Source: Nitrospinales bacterium (GTDB taxonomy: Bacteria > Nitrospinota > Nitrospinia > Nitrospinales > VA-1). From it: a stretch of 64,000 nt of DNA. A program made the position numbers and the translations under genes. Positions 42,516 to 53,565 of this stretch are shown piece by piece; positions within the stretch are counted from its first letter, which is position 1, and each line of letters opens with the position of its first letter. The notes under the pieces were generated by a model. The model worked only from the letters and a program-made list of their open reading frames with translations, made no database searches and was not told where the DNA came from. The stretch is taken from positions 1,984,001-2,048,000 of the forward strand of contig OZ253496.1 of the NCBI GenBank assembly GCA_965262115.1, given 5' to 3'.

Positions 42516-45227
42516 TTAGACGCGCCAGCCTTTGGCGGTGCTGAGTTTCAGGAGTGCGGGTAAAAAGGTGACAGATGCGATGAGGCAGTTGAACACGCCC
42601 AGGGTCAGCACCAGCCCCAGACTGAAGACTCCATAATGGTCGGCCACCATCATACTGCCGAACCCGATCATAGTAGTGAGGGAACTGAGCAGAACAGCTC
42701 GACCGGTACTTTTTCCTAAAACGCTGGCATTTTTATCTTCTTCTTCCCGATAACGGTGGGTGATGTGAATGCCATTGACCACGCCTATCCCGAGAATGAG
42801 TGGCAGGATGACGAGGTTCGCCATGTTCAGCCTGAGCCCTATCAGTTCCATAACGCCCACGGTCCAGATCGACCCTGCCAGCACCGGAAGCAAAACGAAA
42901 AAAACCGTTCGTACATTCCTAAACAGGAAAGACACATAAATAATGATCGCGGTCATGGCGTAGATTCCGCCTTTGACATAACCTTCTGTCATCAACCGGG
43001 TGGACTCAAACATATGTATGGCGTTGCCGGTGACATTGGGGTCTATTGATCTCAGGTCGTTTAAATATATCTGGCGTTGATCGAGATCCCAAACATCCAC
43101 GCTGGGAAAAATATGCGCCACGTATTTACCTTTTTGCGAGATGTAACGCTTTCTCAGGGTTTCGGGAATTTCTTCCAGCCGCACCAACTTCACCTCGGCA
43201 TTGGCTTGGAGTTCTTCCATAAGAGAACGATAATCGGCAAACAGCAACTGCGAGAAATTTTCGAGTCTTTTTTCCGCCAGGCCAGGTTCCACCTTCCGGC
43301 TTTTTTCCATAAAATTCCTGACACGGTCTCCCGCCACCTGCACCTGATCGAACGGGTCATCCTTCCTACCCTGCAGTTTGAACTGGATGCGGTTGAGAGT
43401 TTTGATCAACGCTTTTAAGGAAAAATCTGCATCTTCAGGTTCTACTTCGAGATCGCGCAAAAGTGGCGCGAGGTTTTCGCGGATGGTGCGTGCGTTTTCT
43501 TCCTGATTATCGGGGATCACCGCTGTGATGCTCTCAACCCGGGCCACAGTTGGCAGGGCCTTGAGTTGACGTTCCTTTTCCTGAATCTCTTCCAAAGAGT
43601 CGGCCAGCATGGCGGCGGACCAGGCGGAACGCCCGGCACTTTCAAGAATTTTCATTTCATATTGAACCGCCTCGGTTCCCTTGGCCTGTAGGTTGAGCAG
43701 GTTATAGTCGAAACGCAGGTCTTTCAATGACAAAGAAGCGATGACGACTAGAACGATGCACACTCCGATGATGAGGTAATAATGATCGAACAGTTTATCG
43801 ATGCTCCCCCTTTGTTCGGCTGATTTTGCCTGTGCGTAACTGGGCTTGCGCCATTTTTCTTCCAGCGTGACCAGTGCGGGGAGCACCAGAAGCATGGCGA
43901 CCATGCAGAAAAGAATTCCCCATCCAGCGATCCAGCCCAGTTCCACAATACCGATGAAGTCGGTCAGCACCATGGCGCCAAATGCCATGGCGGTGGTGAT
44001 GGCACCGGAAAAGTTTCCCTTGCCTGTTCCTTGCAGAGTTTTATGCAGGGCTGGCAGGATTTCGTTGCCTTGCTGGCGTTCCTCCTTAAAACGTTCGAGG
44101 ATATGGATTCCAAAATCTATACCCAATCCAATCAGGATGGTGGTGAACACAATGGAAAGAATATTCAAGTGACCGATGGTCAGGGTCGTGAATCCCATCG
44201 TCCAACTCAAACCGAGCAGAAGGCAGAACACGGCCAGAAGGGGTTTGACCACCCCCCGATAAGCGATGATGAACAACAGGGCGACCCCTGTCAGAGCAAT
44301 TTTAGATGCGGTTTCGACATCGGACTGGGTGGTCACCATTTCATCGCTGGATATCACATCTTCGCCGGTGAGCCCGACCGTGACATTGGGAAAACCTTTT
44401 TTTGTTTCAGCAATGAATTGACGGGCCTGATTGACCGCATCCTTGTAACTGGTGAAGCTGGTTTCGTCATCATTGGGCACCACCAGTATGAAAAGCAGGT
44501 CTCCGTTTTCAGAGACCATATACCCCTTGTCGCGCAGGGAATCGCTACCACCTTTAAATAATGCCTGCCAAGGTGAGCGATAACCGGTTTCACCCATCAG
44601 GAACCGGGTCATTTCTTCCAGAAGCCGGATCAACAGGTTGAGGTCTCCCTCATCCTTGCTGTCTTCCTCGTCTTCCTCACCGAGAAAATCGGTCAACAGG
44701 GAATCGACCATGCCCGAACTAATTTCAGTATTGATGCTGAACAAAAGCGGATTGAGTCCGGGGGAAGCATTCACCGATTCGAGAAAACCCTGATGGTCTT
44801 CCAGCTTGCGGCTCAAAGTTTCCAATTCATCCTTATCGAGATAAAGCAGGAACCGCGAGCGGAAGTAATCGATATCGATTTTATAAACAACCTTGGAAAA
44901 CAGATCGGGCTGGGCTTTAAGTTTTTTATTCAGTGCTTCGGCAAAGTCGGCCATGTCGGAAGAGTTTTTTCCTTCCACCACCACAACCATACCGCTCAGG
45001 TCTTCAAACTGTGCACGATAATTTTTATAGAGTTTGACATAAGGCAGGCCTTTGGCGACCAGATCGCCGCGTCCCGTTTTAAAAGTGAGTTTTTGCGCGG
45101 TCACCCACAAAGACAGAATGGCTAAAACCAGGGATGCGACAACAACAAGCAGGGAACGCCGATAGGCAAATCGTTCAATGGCAGAAAGGCAACGGCTGAG
45201 AAAACCATTAGCGGATGAGGATGACAT
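42516..45227 (-). CDS. MMPL/RND transporter, HpnN (hopanoid)-like
   Basis: 903 aa in two RND halves with IGLGIDFGIH and LGIGVVNGIH; FDYNLLNLQ motif. Confidence 0.85.
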   Translation of the reverse strand: MSSSSANGFLSRCLSAIERFAYRRSLLVVVASLVLAILSLWVTAQKLTFKTGRGDLVAKGLPYVKLYKNYRAQFEDLSGMVVVVEGKNSSDMADFAEALNKKLKAQPDLFSKVVYKIDIDYFRSRFLLYLDKDELETLSRKLEDHQGFLESVNASPGLNPLLFSINTEISSGMVDSLLTDFLGEEDEEDSKDEGDLNLLIRLLEEMTRFLMGETGYRSPWQALFKGGSDSLRDKGYMVSENGDLLFILVVPNDDETSFTSYKDAVNQARQFIAETKKGFPNVTVGLTGEDVISSDEMVTTQSDVETASKIALTGVALLFIIAYRGVVKPLLAVFCLLLGLSWTMGFTTLTIGHLNILSIVFTTILIGLGIDFGIHILERFKEERQQGNEILPALHKTLQGTGKGNFSGAITTAMAFGAMVLTDFIGIVELGWIAGWGILFCMVAMLLVLPALVTLEEKWRKPSYAQAKSAEQRGSIDKLFDHYYLIIGVCIVLVVIASLSLKDLRFDYNLLNLQAKGTEAVQYEMKILESAGRSAWSAAMLADSLEEIQEKERQLKALPTVARVESITAVIPDNQEENARTIRENLAPLLRDLEVEPEDADFSLKALIKTLNRIQFKLQGRKDDPFDQVQVAGDRVRNFMEKSRKVEPGLAEKRLENFSQLLFADYRSLMEELQANAEVKLVRLEEIPETLRKRYISQKGKYVAHIFPSVDVWDLDQRQIYLNDLRSIDPNVTGNAIHMFESTRLMTEGYVKGGIYAMTAIIIYVSFLFRNVRTVFFVLLPVLAGSIWTVGVMELIGLRLNMANLVILPLILGIGVVNGIHITHRYREEEDKNASVLGKSTGRAVLLSSLTTMIGFGSMMVADHYGVFSLGLVLTLGVFNCLIASVTFLPALLKLSTAKGWRV

Positions 45228-45406
45228 GGAATTTACAATTCAGGAAATGAGCAAGAGCACTTTGAGGCCATCGATACTTCCAACTCACCTAAATTAGCCA
45301 TTGCTCATTTAATCCGGCATGACGCTGGTAGTTGGCGTGGCCTGTTCAGCCGAGACAACTCGTTGCCAGCAATAAAAGTTTTGCCGGCTGGCCCTACGCC
45401 GAGTAG

Positions 45407-46008
45407 TTAGAAACGCATACCCATTGTGAAGAGGTGGGCATTGAGTCCGATATTAGGAAACTTAATTTCGGCATTTGAAACATGAAAGAACCGGTAGTTG
45501 ATCGAATAGGCGCCTTCCTCTTTAAAGAATTCCAGCCCGGCTCCGCCATGAAGCAGAAACTGAAACTCAGTACCCAGTTCGCGCTCGGCGACATCTTTCC
45601 GGTCGGTCAGGGAAAAACCTGCACCAATGAGGAAGTTCGGAGCCCAATTTCTTTCAGGACTGAGAAATTTATACTGGGCCATCAGCGGCGAAAACCCAAC
45701 CAAGTATTTATCGCGATCAGAAAAGGCGAGCCCGGCTTCCACATGATAAAACCACGCCTCCTGATACTAGGAATCGCCGATCAATCCAGTCAGGTTATAT
45801 TGCCAGTTCGGAAAAAAGAATAAAAAACCCCCAGATCTGTACGATTTGGCCCGGGAGGGATGTCAATGGTCCAGACCCAGCCCAATTGGGCGCCAAAATC
45901 GGAGCTTCCTTTCTCAAATCTTTGTGAAAAGTTGTCAGCTCCCGCAGTCGCCACATTGAACATCAAAAAAACTGCAAGCCAAGGAACCGCATGCAAAATA
46001 ATCCTCAT
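45407..46008 (-). pseudogene. PagL/acyloxyacyl-hydrolase-family beta-barrel, frameshifted near 45810-45830
   Basis: Signal peptide in the 5' piece; YRFFHVSNA..PNIGLN and C-terminal MRF in the 3' piece; the break falls in A/T homopolymers. Confidence 0.75.
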
Positions 46009-46105
46009 ATCTTACTGTTTCCTGAAGGTTAAAATCTATTCAATCGCGCTCATCAAGGACGAATTGTAACATAAAAGCACCTGAATTCCAGGCAATTATT
46101 TGCAT

Positions 46106-46133
46106 TTGTCTTCATATCTGTTTGTGTTATAAT
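46106..46133 (+). promoter_or_regulatory. Sigma70-type promoter of tatA
   Basis: TTGTCT-N16-TATAAT with an extended TG. Confidence 0.55.
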
Positions 46134-46168
46134 CGGCCTTTTCTCAAATAAATAAAGGGATTTTCGCT

Positions 46169-46381
46169 ATGATGGGAATAGGTTTTCCAGAATTAATGAT
46201 CATTTTGGTCATTATCATGATCATTTTCGGGGCTGGAAAGTTGCCGGAAATCGGCAGTGCTTTTGGTAACAGCATTCGGAACTTCAAAAAATCCATGAAG
46301 GAAGCCGAAGAGGGTACGGAAGAACTTCCGGAAGTGGCTGATGCAACAGAAGCGGCTGATGCGGCAAAAGAGGTGTCCTAA
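46169..46381 (+). CDS. tatA: Twin-arginine translocase TatA/E
   Basis: GIGFPEL...[20 protein letters not shown]. Confidence 0.95.
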   Translation: MMGIGFPELMIILVIIMIIFGAGKLPEIGSAFGNSIRNFKKSMKEAEEGTEELPEVADATEAADAAKEVS

Positions 46382-46650
46382 GGAGATGGCAATGAACCCG
46401 AGACTGCTGAGAATCCTGTGGCCTCTACCTCCGAACCGGAAGAAAAGTAAATCACTCCCCCTTGTTCCCTCCCCCTCCAGGACGGGTTCTTTTTTTTACG
46501 AGGTTTCGCCTTTATTTGACGAATCGCTTTGTATTTAAAAGCATCCTAAGATAACTGGAATAAAAAGGGTGAAATTGCAAATCCCGGCCGGTTCCCATAA
46601 AAGAAACCCTGCCTTTTCCCAGCAGAAAATAAAACTGGATTTGCTCTTTT

Positions 46651-47280
46651 ATGTCCTTCACCCAGCAAAAAGAAGATAAAGAAATAGAAGAAGCTCTAGT
46701 CAGGGATCTTCAAGCCGGTAATCTTGATGCTTATGACAAGATTGCTGAGCTTTATCAAAAGAAAATATACGCCCTTAGTTTCAATCTGATGCGCAACCAA
46801 ATGGATGCGCAGGATGTGACTCAGGAGGTCCTCCTGACTCTGTTCAGGAGGATCAATACGTTTCAGGGCAAATCGGCGTTTTCAAGCTGGGTTTATCGCA
46901 TTACCTTGAACGCCAGTTATATGAAACTGAGGAGCAAGAAAAAGGAACCCAATGTTTCCATTGACGAATTACTACCCTATTTTAACGGGGCTGGGTTCCA
47001 GCAGGAAAAAATTCAGGACTGGTCGGAAAATACCGAGTCCTTGTTGTTCACCAATGAAACACGCGAGGTCATCAACAAAGCCGTTGGCCTTTTGCCTGAA
47101 AAGGAAAAAGTGGTTTTCTTATTGCGGGACGTAGAAGGCCTTTCAACCGAAAAAGTGGGCGAAATATTAGACCTGACCATTCCGGCGGTAAAGTCGAGAC
47201 TGCACCGGGCCCGATTGTTTTTGCGAAAAAAACTTTCAGGCTACTTTGAGGAATATAATTCCAAAAAGGGGGAAACATGA
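46651..47280 (+). CDS. ECF sigma factor
   Basis: DAQDVTQE, FSSWVYRI and VKSRLHRAR motifs. Confidence 0.93.
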   Translation: MSFTQQKEDKEIEEALVRDLQAGNLDAYDKIAELYQKKIYALSFNLMRNQMDAQDVTQEVLLTLFRRINTFQGKSAFSSWVYRITLNASYMKLRSKKKEPNVSIDELLPYFNGAGFQQEKIQDWSENTESLLFTNETREVINKAVGLLPEKEKVVFLLRDVEGLSTEKVGEILDLTIPAVKSRLHRARLFLRKKLSGYFEEYNSKKGET

Positions 47281-47525
47281 TCTGCTGTAAAGAATGCATT
47301 GATCTGCTATACGATTATATTGACGGGTCGCTGGAACAGGACACCAGTAAATCCCTTGAAGAACATTTCGCGGAATGCCCCCCCTGCATTGCTTTTTTGA
47401 ACACTTACAAGTCGACAACCACTATTTGTCGGGATATCTTGAACCAAATTGAAATCCCCGATGAAGTTCGTCGTACCCTGCAAAGTTTTTTAAAAGAGCA
47501 TAAAAACCAGGAAGAAAAGAAGTAA
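47277..47525 (+). CDS. zf-HC2 (ZAS) anti-sigma factor, soluble
   Basis: HFAECPPC motif; overlaps the sigma gene. Confidence 0.9.
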   Translation: MICCKECIDLLYDYIDGSLEQDTSKSLEEHFAECPPCIAFLNTYKSTTTICRDILNQIEIPDEVRRTLQSFLKEHKNQEEKK

Positions 47526-47579
47526 CCTCTCTCCCCAATCGCAGGGGGAAAGACAGGAACATTCCCGGCGCACAATACA

Positions 47580-47608
47580 TTGACAAATCACGCGGGTTTA
47601 TTTATATT
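47580..47608 (+). promoter_or_regulatory. Sigma70-type promoter
   Basis: TTGACA-N17-TATATT. Confidence 0.6.
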
Positions 47609-47692
47609 TTTTATATAGCTACATATTGAGATTTTTCACCTCAAACCTGATAAAATCATTTAATTATAATAACTCTCTTTCGAGGCAAGGAT

Positions 47693-48181
47693 ATGGTTGA
47701 AATGAAAGTTGAGGGCCTTACGCTGGATCCACTCACCAACATGCCCATCATTATCTTGAAAGATTCAACCGGTTCCAAGGCCCTTCCTATATGGGTGGGT
47801 TATTTTGAAGCCAACGCAATCGCCTTGGAAATAGAAAAAATCTCCACGCCACGCCCCATGACGCATGATTTGCTCAAAAACCTGATTCAAAATATGAAAG
47901 CGGAAGTCAACCATATCCTCGTCAATGAATTAAAAGACAACACCTTTTATGCTGTCATTTCCCTGGTATGCGGAGACCTTACCCTTGCTATAGACTCACG
48001 CCCCTCCGATGCCATCGCGCTGGCGCTGAGGACCAAGGCACCCATTTTTGTTGAAGAGAAAGTGATTGAAGCTGCTAAAAGCCTGGACCTCCCCGATCCG
48101 CAAAAAACTAAAACGGATGATGACAAGCAGTGGAAAAACTGGCTGGACAATATAAAACCAGAGGACTTTGGCAAACTTTGA
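47693..48181 (+). CDS. Bifunctional nuclease family (DUF151)
   Basis: LPIWVG..EA, RPMTHDL and DSRPSDAIALA motifs. Confidence 0.93.
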   Translation: MVEMKVEGLTLDPLTNMPIIILKDSTGSKALPIWVGYFEANAIALEIEKISTPRPMTHDLLKNLIQNMKAEVNHILVNELKDNTFYAVISLVCGDLTLAIDSRPSDAIALALRTKAPIFVEEKVIEAAKSLDLPDPQKTKTDDDKQWKNWLDNIKPEDFGKL

Positions 48182-48457
48182 GAGCGCCCCTCTAGCAACC
48201 CCTCCGGGGCATGTGTAATATTTCTTCATTTGCATTCATGCCCTGAAATGGTAAAAACTAAGGAAAAATTTCACACGAGAGAGGCAACCGAGCCACGCCC
48301 GGTGGGGACAGACTCCACACCTTCGGCGGCTACGCCGGTTAAGCCGAGAAAACTTGTTGCTAGCCACCCCTTGGCAGAGAACCATATCCAGTAAAGCCGT
48401 CATGAGCGATTGCATGCAAAAACAACTCTTGCCAATTATATTATCGGCGGTACGCCG

Positions 48458-49321
48458 GTGAAAAATATAGGGTTATTTTGCAAACCAAGACCCTCGGTAG
48501 ACCCGAAAGTAGTCAGCGACCTGGTGCAATGGTTGCGGGAGCGGGGTTGCAAGCTTCATATAGATCAGAATACCGCCGAGTTTACCGGTGAAACAGCCTC
48601 CCATGAAGAAATTCCCAGCCTCTCTGAACTGATCATCGTGCTTGGAGGAGACGGAACCTTGTTAAAGGTGGTCCGCATCGCCCACTCGCACGGCGTCCCT
48701 ATTCTGGGGGTCAACCTCGGGAGCCTGGGTTTTTTAACCGAAACCACCCTTGAAAACCTCTATCCCACCCTTCAAAGCGCCTTAAACGGAGAATGTAAAA
48801 TAGAACACCGCATGTTGCTGAATGCCTCGCTCTGGCGCGAGGGAAAAAAAATACAAGATTTTAATGTGTTGAACGATATTGTCATCAACAAAGGCGCTCT
48901 AGCCAGAATCGTAAACCTTACCGTACTGGTTAACGACCAACCCATGACCTCCTACCGAGCCGACGGATTGATCATTGCCACGCCAACAGGCTCCACCGCT
49001 TATTCTCTCTCGGCAGGAGGACCCATCATTCATCCCAGTATGCAGGCTTTGGTGTTGAGCCCGATTTGTCCTTTTGACCTGACAAACCGACCCATTGTGG
49101 TTCCCGACACCTCAAAAATAAAAGTGGAACTGGCCAAACGCCATGAAGACGAAGATGTCAGAATAACGCTTGATGGGCAAATGGGTTGCGATATGAAGTC
49201 CGGAGATATCCTTGCAGCGGAAAAGGCCCGGATATCGGTAAAGTTGGTGCAGGCTCCGGGAAAAAACTATTATCAAACCCTGAGGAAAAAACTTCATTGG
49301 GGAAGCACCACAGAAAGTTAA
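48458..49321 (+). CDS. nadK: NAD kinase
   Basis: GGDGT, LGFL, LND and DGLIIATPTGSTAYSLSAGG motifs; GTG start inferred. Confidence 0.95.
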   Translation: MKNIGLFCKPRPSVDPKVVSDLVQWLRERGCKLHIDQNTAEFTGETASHEEIPSLSELIIVLGGDGTLLKVVRIAHSHGVPILGVNLGSLGFLTETTLENLYPTLQSALNGECKIEHRMLLNASLWREGKKIQDFNVLNDIVINKGALARIVNLTVLVNDQPMTSYRADGLIIATPTGSTAYSLSAGGPIIHPSMQALVLSPICPFDLTNRPIVVPDTSKIKVELAKRHEDEDVRITLDGQMGCDMKSGDILAAEKARISVKLVQAPGKNYYQTLRKKLHWGSTTES

Positions 49322-49360
49322 ATCCTACCCTCCGGTGCTAACACCCGGGTCGCTCAATTT

Positions 49361-50263
49361 ATGAATCAAAATATTGTTTCCTGCGGTCATAAAATTGATA
49401 TCGGAACTCGTGTGGTTTTATGGAACGAAGGCTTTGTTTGCCCCAACAAGCGAGGCCGGTCTGCCTGTTCCCATCACGACCCCGTGCTCAATGACGCACC
49501 ATCCAGAAAAGATTCGGCCTATAAAATCCTGAAACCCGAATCGGCTTACAAAGAACTGGTGCAACACGTTCACCAGTTTGTTCTGCATTACGATGCCTGC
49601 TACAGTTCCTACCACTGCCACCAAGTGATGACGGAAAGTTCTTTTAAGGGTAGCCATTTCTATCTTGATCTCGATGGCACCATTTACCAGACCTGTGACT
49701 TGTACTGGAAAACCAATACTGCACCTGCCGATGACCGGCAAGGCAACGAAAGGGCAATCCATGTCGAGATGGCAAATCTTTCATGGGAAGCTTTGGCTAA
49801 AGAATCTGAATGGCTCCCTTCCAGACAGGATAAGTACCGAAAAAAAAGAGGTCAGTGGGTGCTGGAACTGCCCAATGACTACCGCAGAAAAATCCGCACA
49901 GCCGGATTCCAGGCCAACCCATCACGAACTTACGGCACAAGGGGATACTTCAGCAAAAAGATCAATGGCCGAGTGGTCCGCATGTGGGATTTTACCGAGC
50001 AACAGTATCAAGCTCTGATCAAGCTCTGTATCGGCATCAACCAAATTCTACCCAGGATTAAACTGCAAGTGCCATTCGACAAAAGTTCCGGCCGACACCC
50101 TCTCGACAGATTAAAAAACTACTCTAAATTTTCCGGTATCCTGGGCCATGCTCATGTGCAAAAGGGCGTAAACGGACTGGAGTGCAAGCACGATCCCGGA
50201 TCAGCCTTCAACTGGGCCCGGTTAAAAAAAGCCTTCGACTCAGCGGAGAACCTCCGCAGGTAA
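49361..50263 (+). CDS. N-acetylmuramoyl-L-alanine amidase (Amidase_2)-like
   Basis: VLHYD, SHFYLDLDGTIYQ, IHVEM and GHAH...KHDPG..FNW motifs. Confidence 0.8.
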   Translation: MNQNIVSCGHKIDIGTRVVLWNEGFVCPNKRGRSACSHHDPVLNDAPSRKDSAYKILKPESAYKELVQHVHQFVLHYDACYSSYHCHQVMTESSFKGSHFYLDLDGTIYQTCDLYWKTNTAPADDRQGNERAIHVEMANLSWEALAKESEWLPSRQDKYRKKRGQWVLELPNDYRRKIRTAGFQANPSRTYGTRGYFSKKINGRVVRMWDFTEQQYQALIKLCIGINQILPRIKLQVPFDKSSGRHPLDRLKNYSKFSGILGHAHVQKGVNGLECKHDPGSAFNWARLKKAFDSAENLRR

Positions 50264-50344
50264 CCAGCAATAGCTCCTAAAGCCAAGAGATCGACTGCTA
50301 GCAGTACGTGATATTCTTCCTAAACATTCAGGGGTAAAAAGCTA

Positions 50345-51420
50345 TTTACCCCTTGGGCTTTTAAGCCCGTCCCGAAGCGCAGATCGTTGTGTCCTGTTTT
50401 GATTAACCCGAACAGTTGCCTGGGCCACTGAGCCCGCATCGGCAAGGCTGGGAGACCAAATTATGAATCAGAAACCCCATTTTATTGGCATCGATATTTC
50501 TAAACTCCATCTGGATGTTGCTGACAGCATGACTCAAGAAACCTGGCAAACCGCTAACAATGAAGAAGGGATTGCTGGTTTGGTCGAGAGTTTATCCGCC
50601 TTAAATCCTCCATTGATCGTTTTGGAAGCCACAGGCGGCTTAGAGATCCCGTTGGCTTCGGCCCTGGTTGCGGGTCGACTGCCAGTAGCCGTGGTCAACC
50701 CACGGCAAGTTCGTGATTTTGCCAAAGCCACCGGGAAACTGGCAAAAACCGATGTCATTGATTCTCTTGTGCTGGCCCATTTTGCCAGGGCCGTACGTCC
50801 TGAGGTCAGGAAAATCAAAGACGAAGAATCTCTTGAACTCTCAGCTCTAGTGACACGCCGTCGCCAGTTGATCGAGATGCTGACCAAAGAAAAAACCCGT
50901 CTAAAACAAGCTCCAAAATGGATATGTAAAGACATTAAGGAGCATATCGAATCTCTTAAAAAACGCTTGCGAAAAATCGATGGCGACCTTTCCAGAACCA
51001 TCAAAAACAGTTCTGCCTGGCGTGAGCACGACCAGATCATACAAAGTGTTCCCGGTGCCGGTCCCGTTCTGGCTGTCAACCTCTTGGCCGGGGTTTCGGA
51101 ACTTGGAGTTCTTAATCAGAAGCAAATCGCCGCCCTCATCGGTCTCGCTCCCCTCAATCGGGACAGCGGAAAGTTCGGTGTATCCGGGGCGGCCGCGCCA
51201 ATGTGCGTGCCGCTTTATACATGGCCGCCGTCACTGCCATGCAGCATAATCCCGTGATTCGTACCTTTTACACACGCCTCATCGAAAAGGGCAAACCCTT
51301 TAAAGTTGCCATTACCGCATGCATGAGAAAGTTATTAACGATCATCAATACCATGATCAAAACAAAAACACTCTGGAATGAAAATCTCATTGCCAGCACT
51401 TGACATTTAACACAGTTGCT
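50345..51420 (+). mobile_element. IS110 element, copy 2, left end truncated
   Basis: Matches 29475-30550 (offset 20870) with about 7 substitutions; lacks the first ~115 bp. Confidence 0.9.
50463..51403 (+). pseudogene. IS110 recombinase with the same frameshift as copy 1
   Basis: Same split ORFs (50463-51257 and 51203-51403). Confidence 0.9.
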
Positions 51421-51452
51421 TCGGGGCATGAAGACAAATGAAGAGGACATCA

Positions 51453-51794
51453 CAAAGATAACTGCCGCCTTTTTTAATATGTCCCGCTCCATACGAAGGC
51501 GAGCGTTTTCTCGCCGCAACTGCTGCAACTCATCTCCCGGCTTAAGCTGTCCTTTGCCGGGAAACGCATTCCCCTGATCCTCCTCATACTCCTGTTTCCA
51601 GCGACCCAGAAGGGCAGAACGGATTCCCAGATCCCGGGACACCCGGGCAATGCTATCGCCTACTTCAATAACCAATCGAACCGCTTCTAACTTGAATTCT
51701 TTACTGAAACTCCTGCGTTTGGTTCCCATAAAAACACCTCCAAAAGTGTATTATCCACACTTTTCGATGTGTCCACCAATTCAGGGGAAGATCA
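51453..51794 (-). mobile_element. IS3-family remnant, copy 2
   Basis: Appears identical to 30583-30924. Confidence 0.88.
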
Positions 51795-51865
51795 GTTGGA
51801 TTATGGATCGTCAAAGACAATCCACACCCCCCCCCTCATGAGAGGGGAGGATCAATGAGAATCTC

Positions 51866-51959
51866 GACTTATGCAAAGGTCTCTTGCTAGAGGAGGTTGT
51901 CATGCTGAGTTTATTGAAGCATCGCGATTTTCAGGTTTTTCGGCTTATGCAAAGGTCTC
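51866..51959. mobile_element. MITE remnants (two right inverted repeats)
   Basis: CTTATGCAAAGGTCTC ends at 51883 and at 51959; GTCATGCTGAG...GAAGCATC core lies between them. Confidence 0.7.
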
Positions 51960-52169
51960 ATGAAGTGGGAAGCGGGACTTTAGCCCTGCCGCCTGCAGCG
52001 GTTACATGACAAGAAACGCCGGTTTGTCATTCTTGAGGAGCACCGTGACGAAGACGCGATATTTTTCCTTAAACTTCGTGCCCTGCAGGGGTAATCCGGG
52101 GCTATGCATCGGTCACGTAATCCGCAAATTTTTCAACTTAGCAAAGGCTTCAGATTCCGTGATCAATTT

Positions 52170-52451
52170 AGCCCCATCATCCCGCCATTGATGTCCTGGA
52201 ACAGTGTCAGCCATCTGATGAAGGAACACTATGGTTTAGCCATGAAGTTCAAGGATATTCTTGCGACTTATAAATCGGCCGAAGACCTGATTAATATCGG
52301 GGCTTACACCCGCGGCAGTAATCCAAAAATTGATCAGGCTATTCAAAAATACGAACTTATGATTCCCTACCTCAAGCAGGGAATTGTAGAAAGTGTTGAC
52401 TGGCGAACCAGTATGAATGAATTGAAAAAAATTCTGGAGGATGAATCTTGA
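52170..52451 (+). pseudogene. fliI: 3' fragment of flagellar ATPase FliI
   Basis: PAIDVL/NSVSHLM (frameshifted) and AEDLINIGAY..GSNPKIDQAI; most of the gene is missing. Confidence 0.85.
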
Positions 52452-52870
52452 GTTTCCGGTGCGAGACCATGCTTCGTTTGAATAAGAATAAGGAAGACCT
52501 GCTACAGAAGGATATGGGGCAGATCAACCTTCTCTATCAACGGCAACAGGATCGAAAGCTGCTGATGCAGGATGCCACAGAGAATAGCAAGAATGAGCTG
52601 AACCAGAAGAAAAGATCGGGTGTTAGTAGTGAAACAATGATTTTGTATGACAATTTTGCCAGAGGAACCAGGATTCAAGGGGAGAGACAGGATAAAATAA
52701 TGTCTGAAATTAACACCAAGCTTGAGGCCAAGAAGGAAGAAGTGGCTGAAGCTATGCGAAAGCGCCGGACTATGGAAATATTGAAAGAACGGGATTTCTT
52801 GAAAGAGAAAAAATCATGGAAAAGAAGGAAACGGCGATCCATGATGAGGTGGCTTCCAATCTCTGGATAA
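52448..52870 (+). pseudogene. fliJ: Flagellar export chaperone FliJ, probable C-terminal frameshift
   Basis: Follows fliI; FRCETMLR start, coiled coil and KRRTMEILKER. An EKKETAIHDEVAS-type ending lies in another frame. Confidence 0.7.
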
Positions 52871-52888
52871 GAAAATTTTGATGGGCAA

Positions 52889-53528
52889 ATGATGAAGTTT
52901 AAACTAATTTCTATTTTTTTGATTGCGGCAGGTTTCATCCTGGCGGGAAGATCATACCTTGCCGGAAACCTGGAGTCTGCTTATGCCCAAGTGAAACAGC
53001 TCGATGAAAAGGCTGGGGAGGTCCGGGAAGGAGAAAAGGTATTGCCCGTAGAGGAGGAAAAAGAAAAAATCCAATTGCCGGGCCAGATGCCTGCGGTCAG
53101 CCCTGAAACGTTCAGGATGATAGAAACTATAGAAAATAAGAATCGCGAGCTTAAAAAACGGGAAGAGAAATTACGCCTCAAGGAAGTTCGGCTGGAGGCA
53201 TTGGAAGCCAAAGTCCGGAAAGACCTGAAAAAAAATTGAGCAAAGTATTTCCGAGTCGAAACATCAAATGGGAGTTCAAGATGAAAAGACCAGGAAAAAT
53301 GTGGAGGCTCTGATCAAGGTTTATTCCAGTATGAAACCGGAAGATGCGGCCAATCTGGTTGAAGCTGTGAATGAAGAGCTTGCTTTGCAAATTATTTCGG
53401 GAATGAAAAGTAAAATCGCGGGACAAGTTTTAAGCAAGCTGGATGTTAAAGTTGCCAAGCGAATCAGTGAAAAAATGGCTGGCAAGAAAGATAAGCCTGC
53501 GAGGGAATCCGCTCCTCCAGGCAACTAG
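52889..53528 (+). pseudogene. MotE/MgtE-N-like flagellar protein, frameshifted at A8 (53228-53235)
   Basis: Coiled coil followed by LIKVYSSMKPEDAA...MKSKIAGQVLSKLD in the next frame. Confidence 0.75.
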
Positions 53529-53565
53529 CAGGTTGTCAAACTCGTTGACCAATGCAGTGGGCTGT

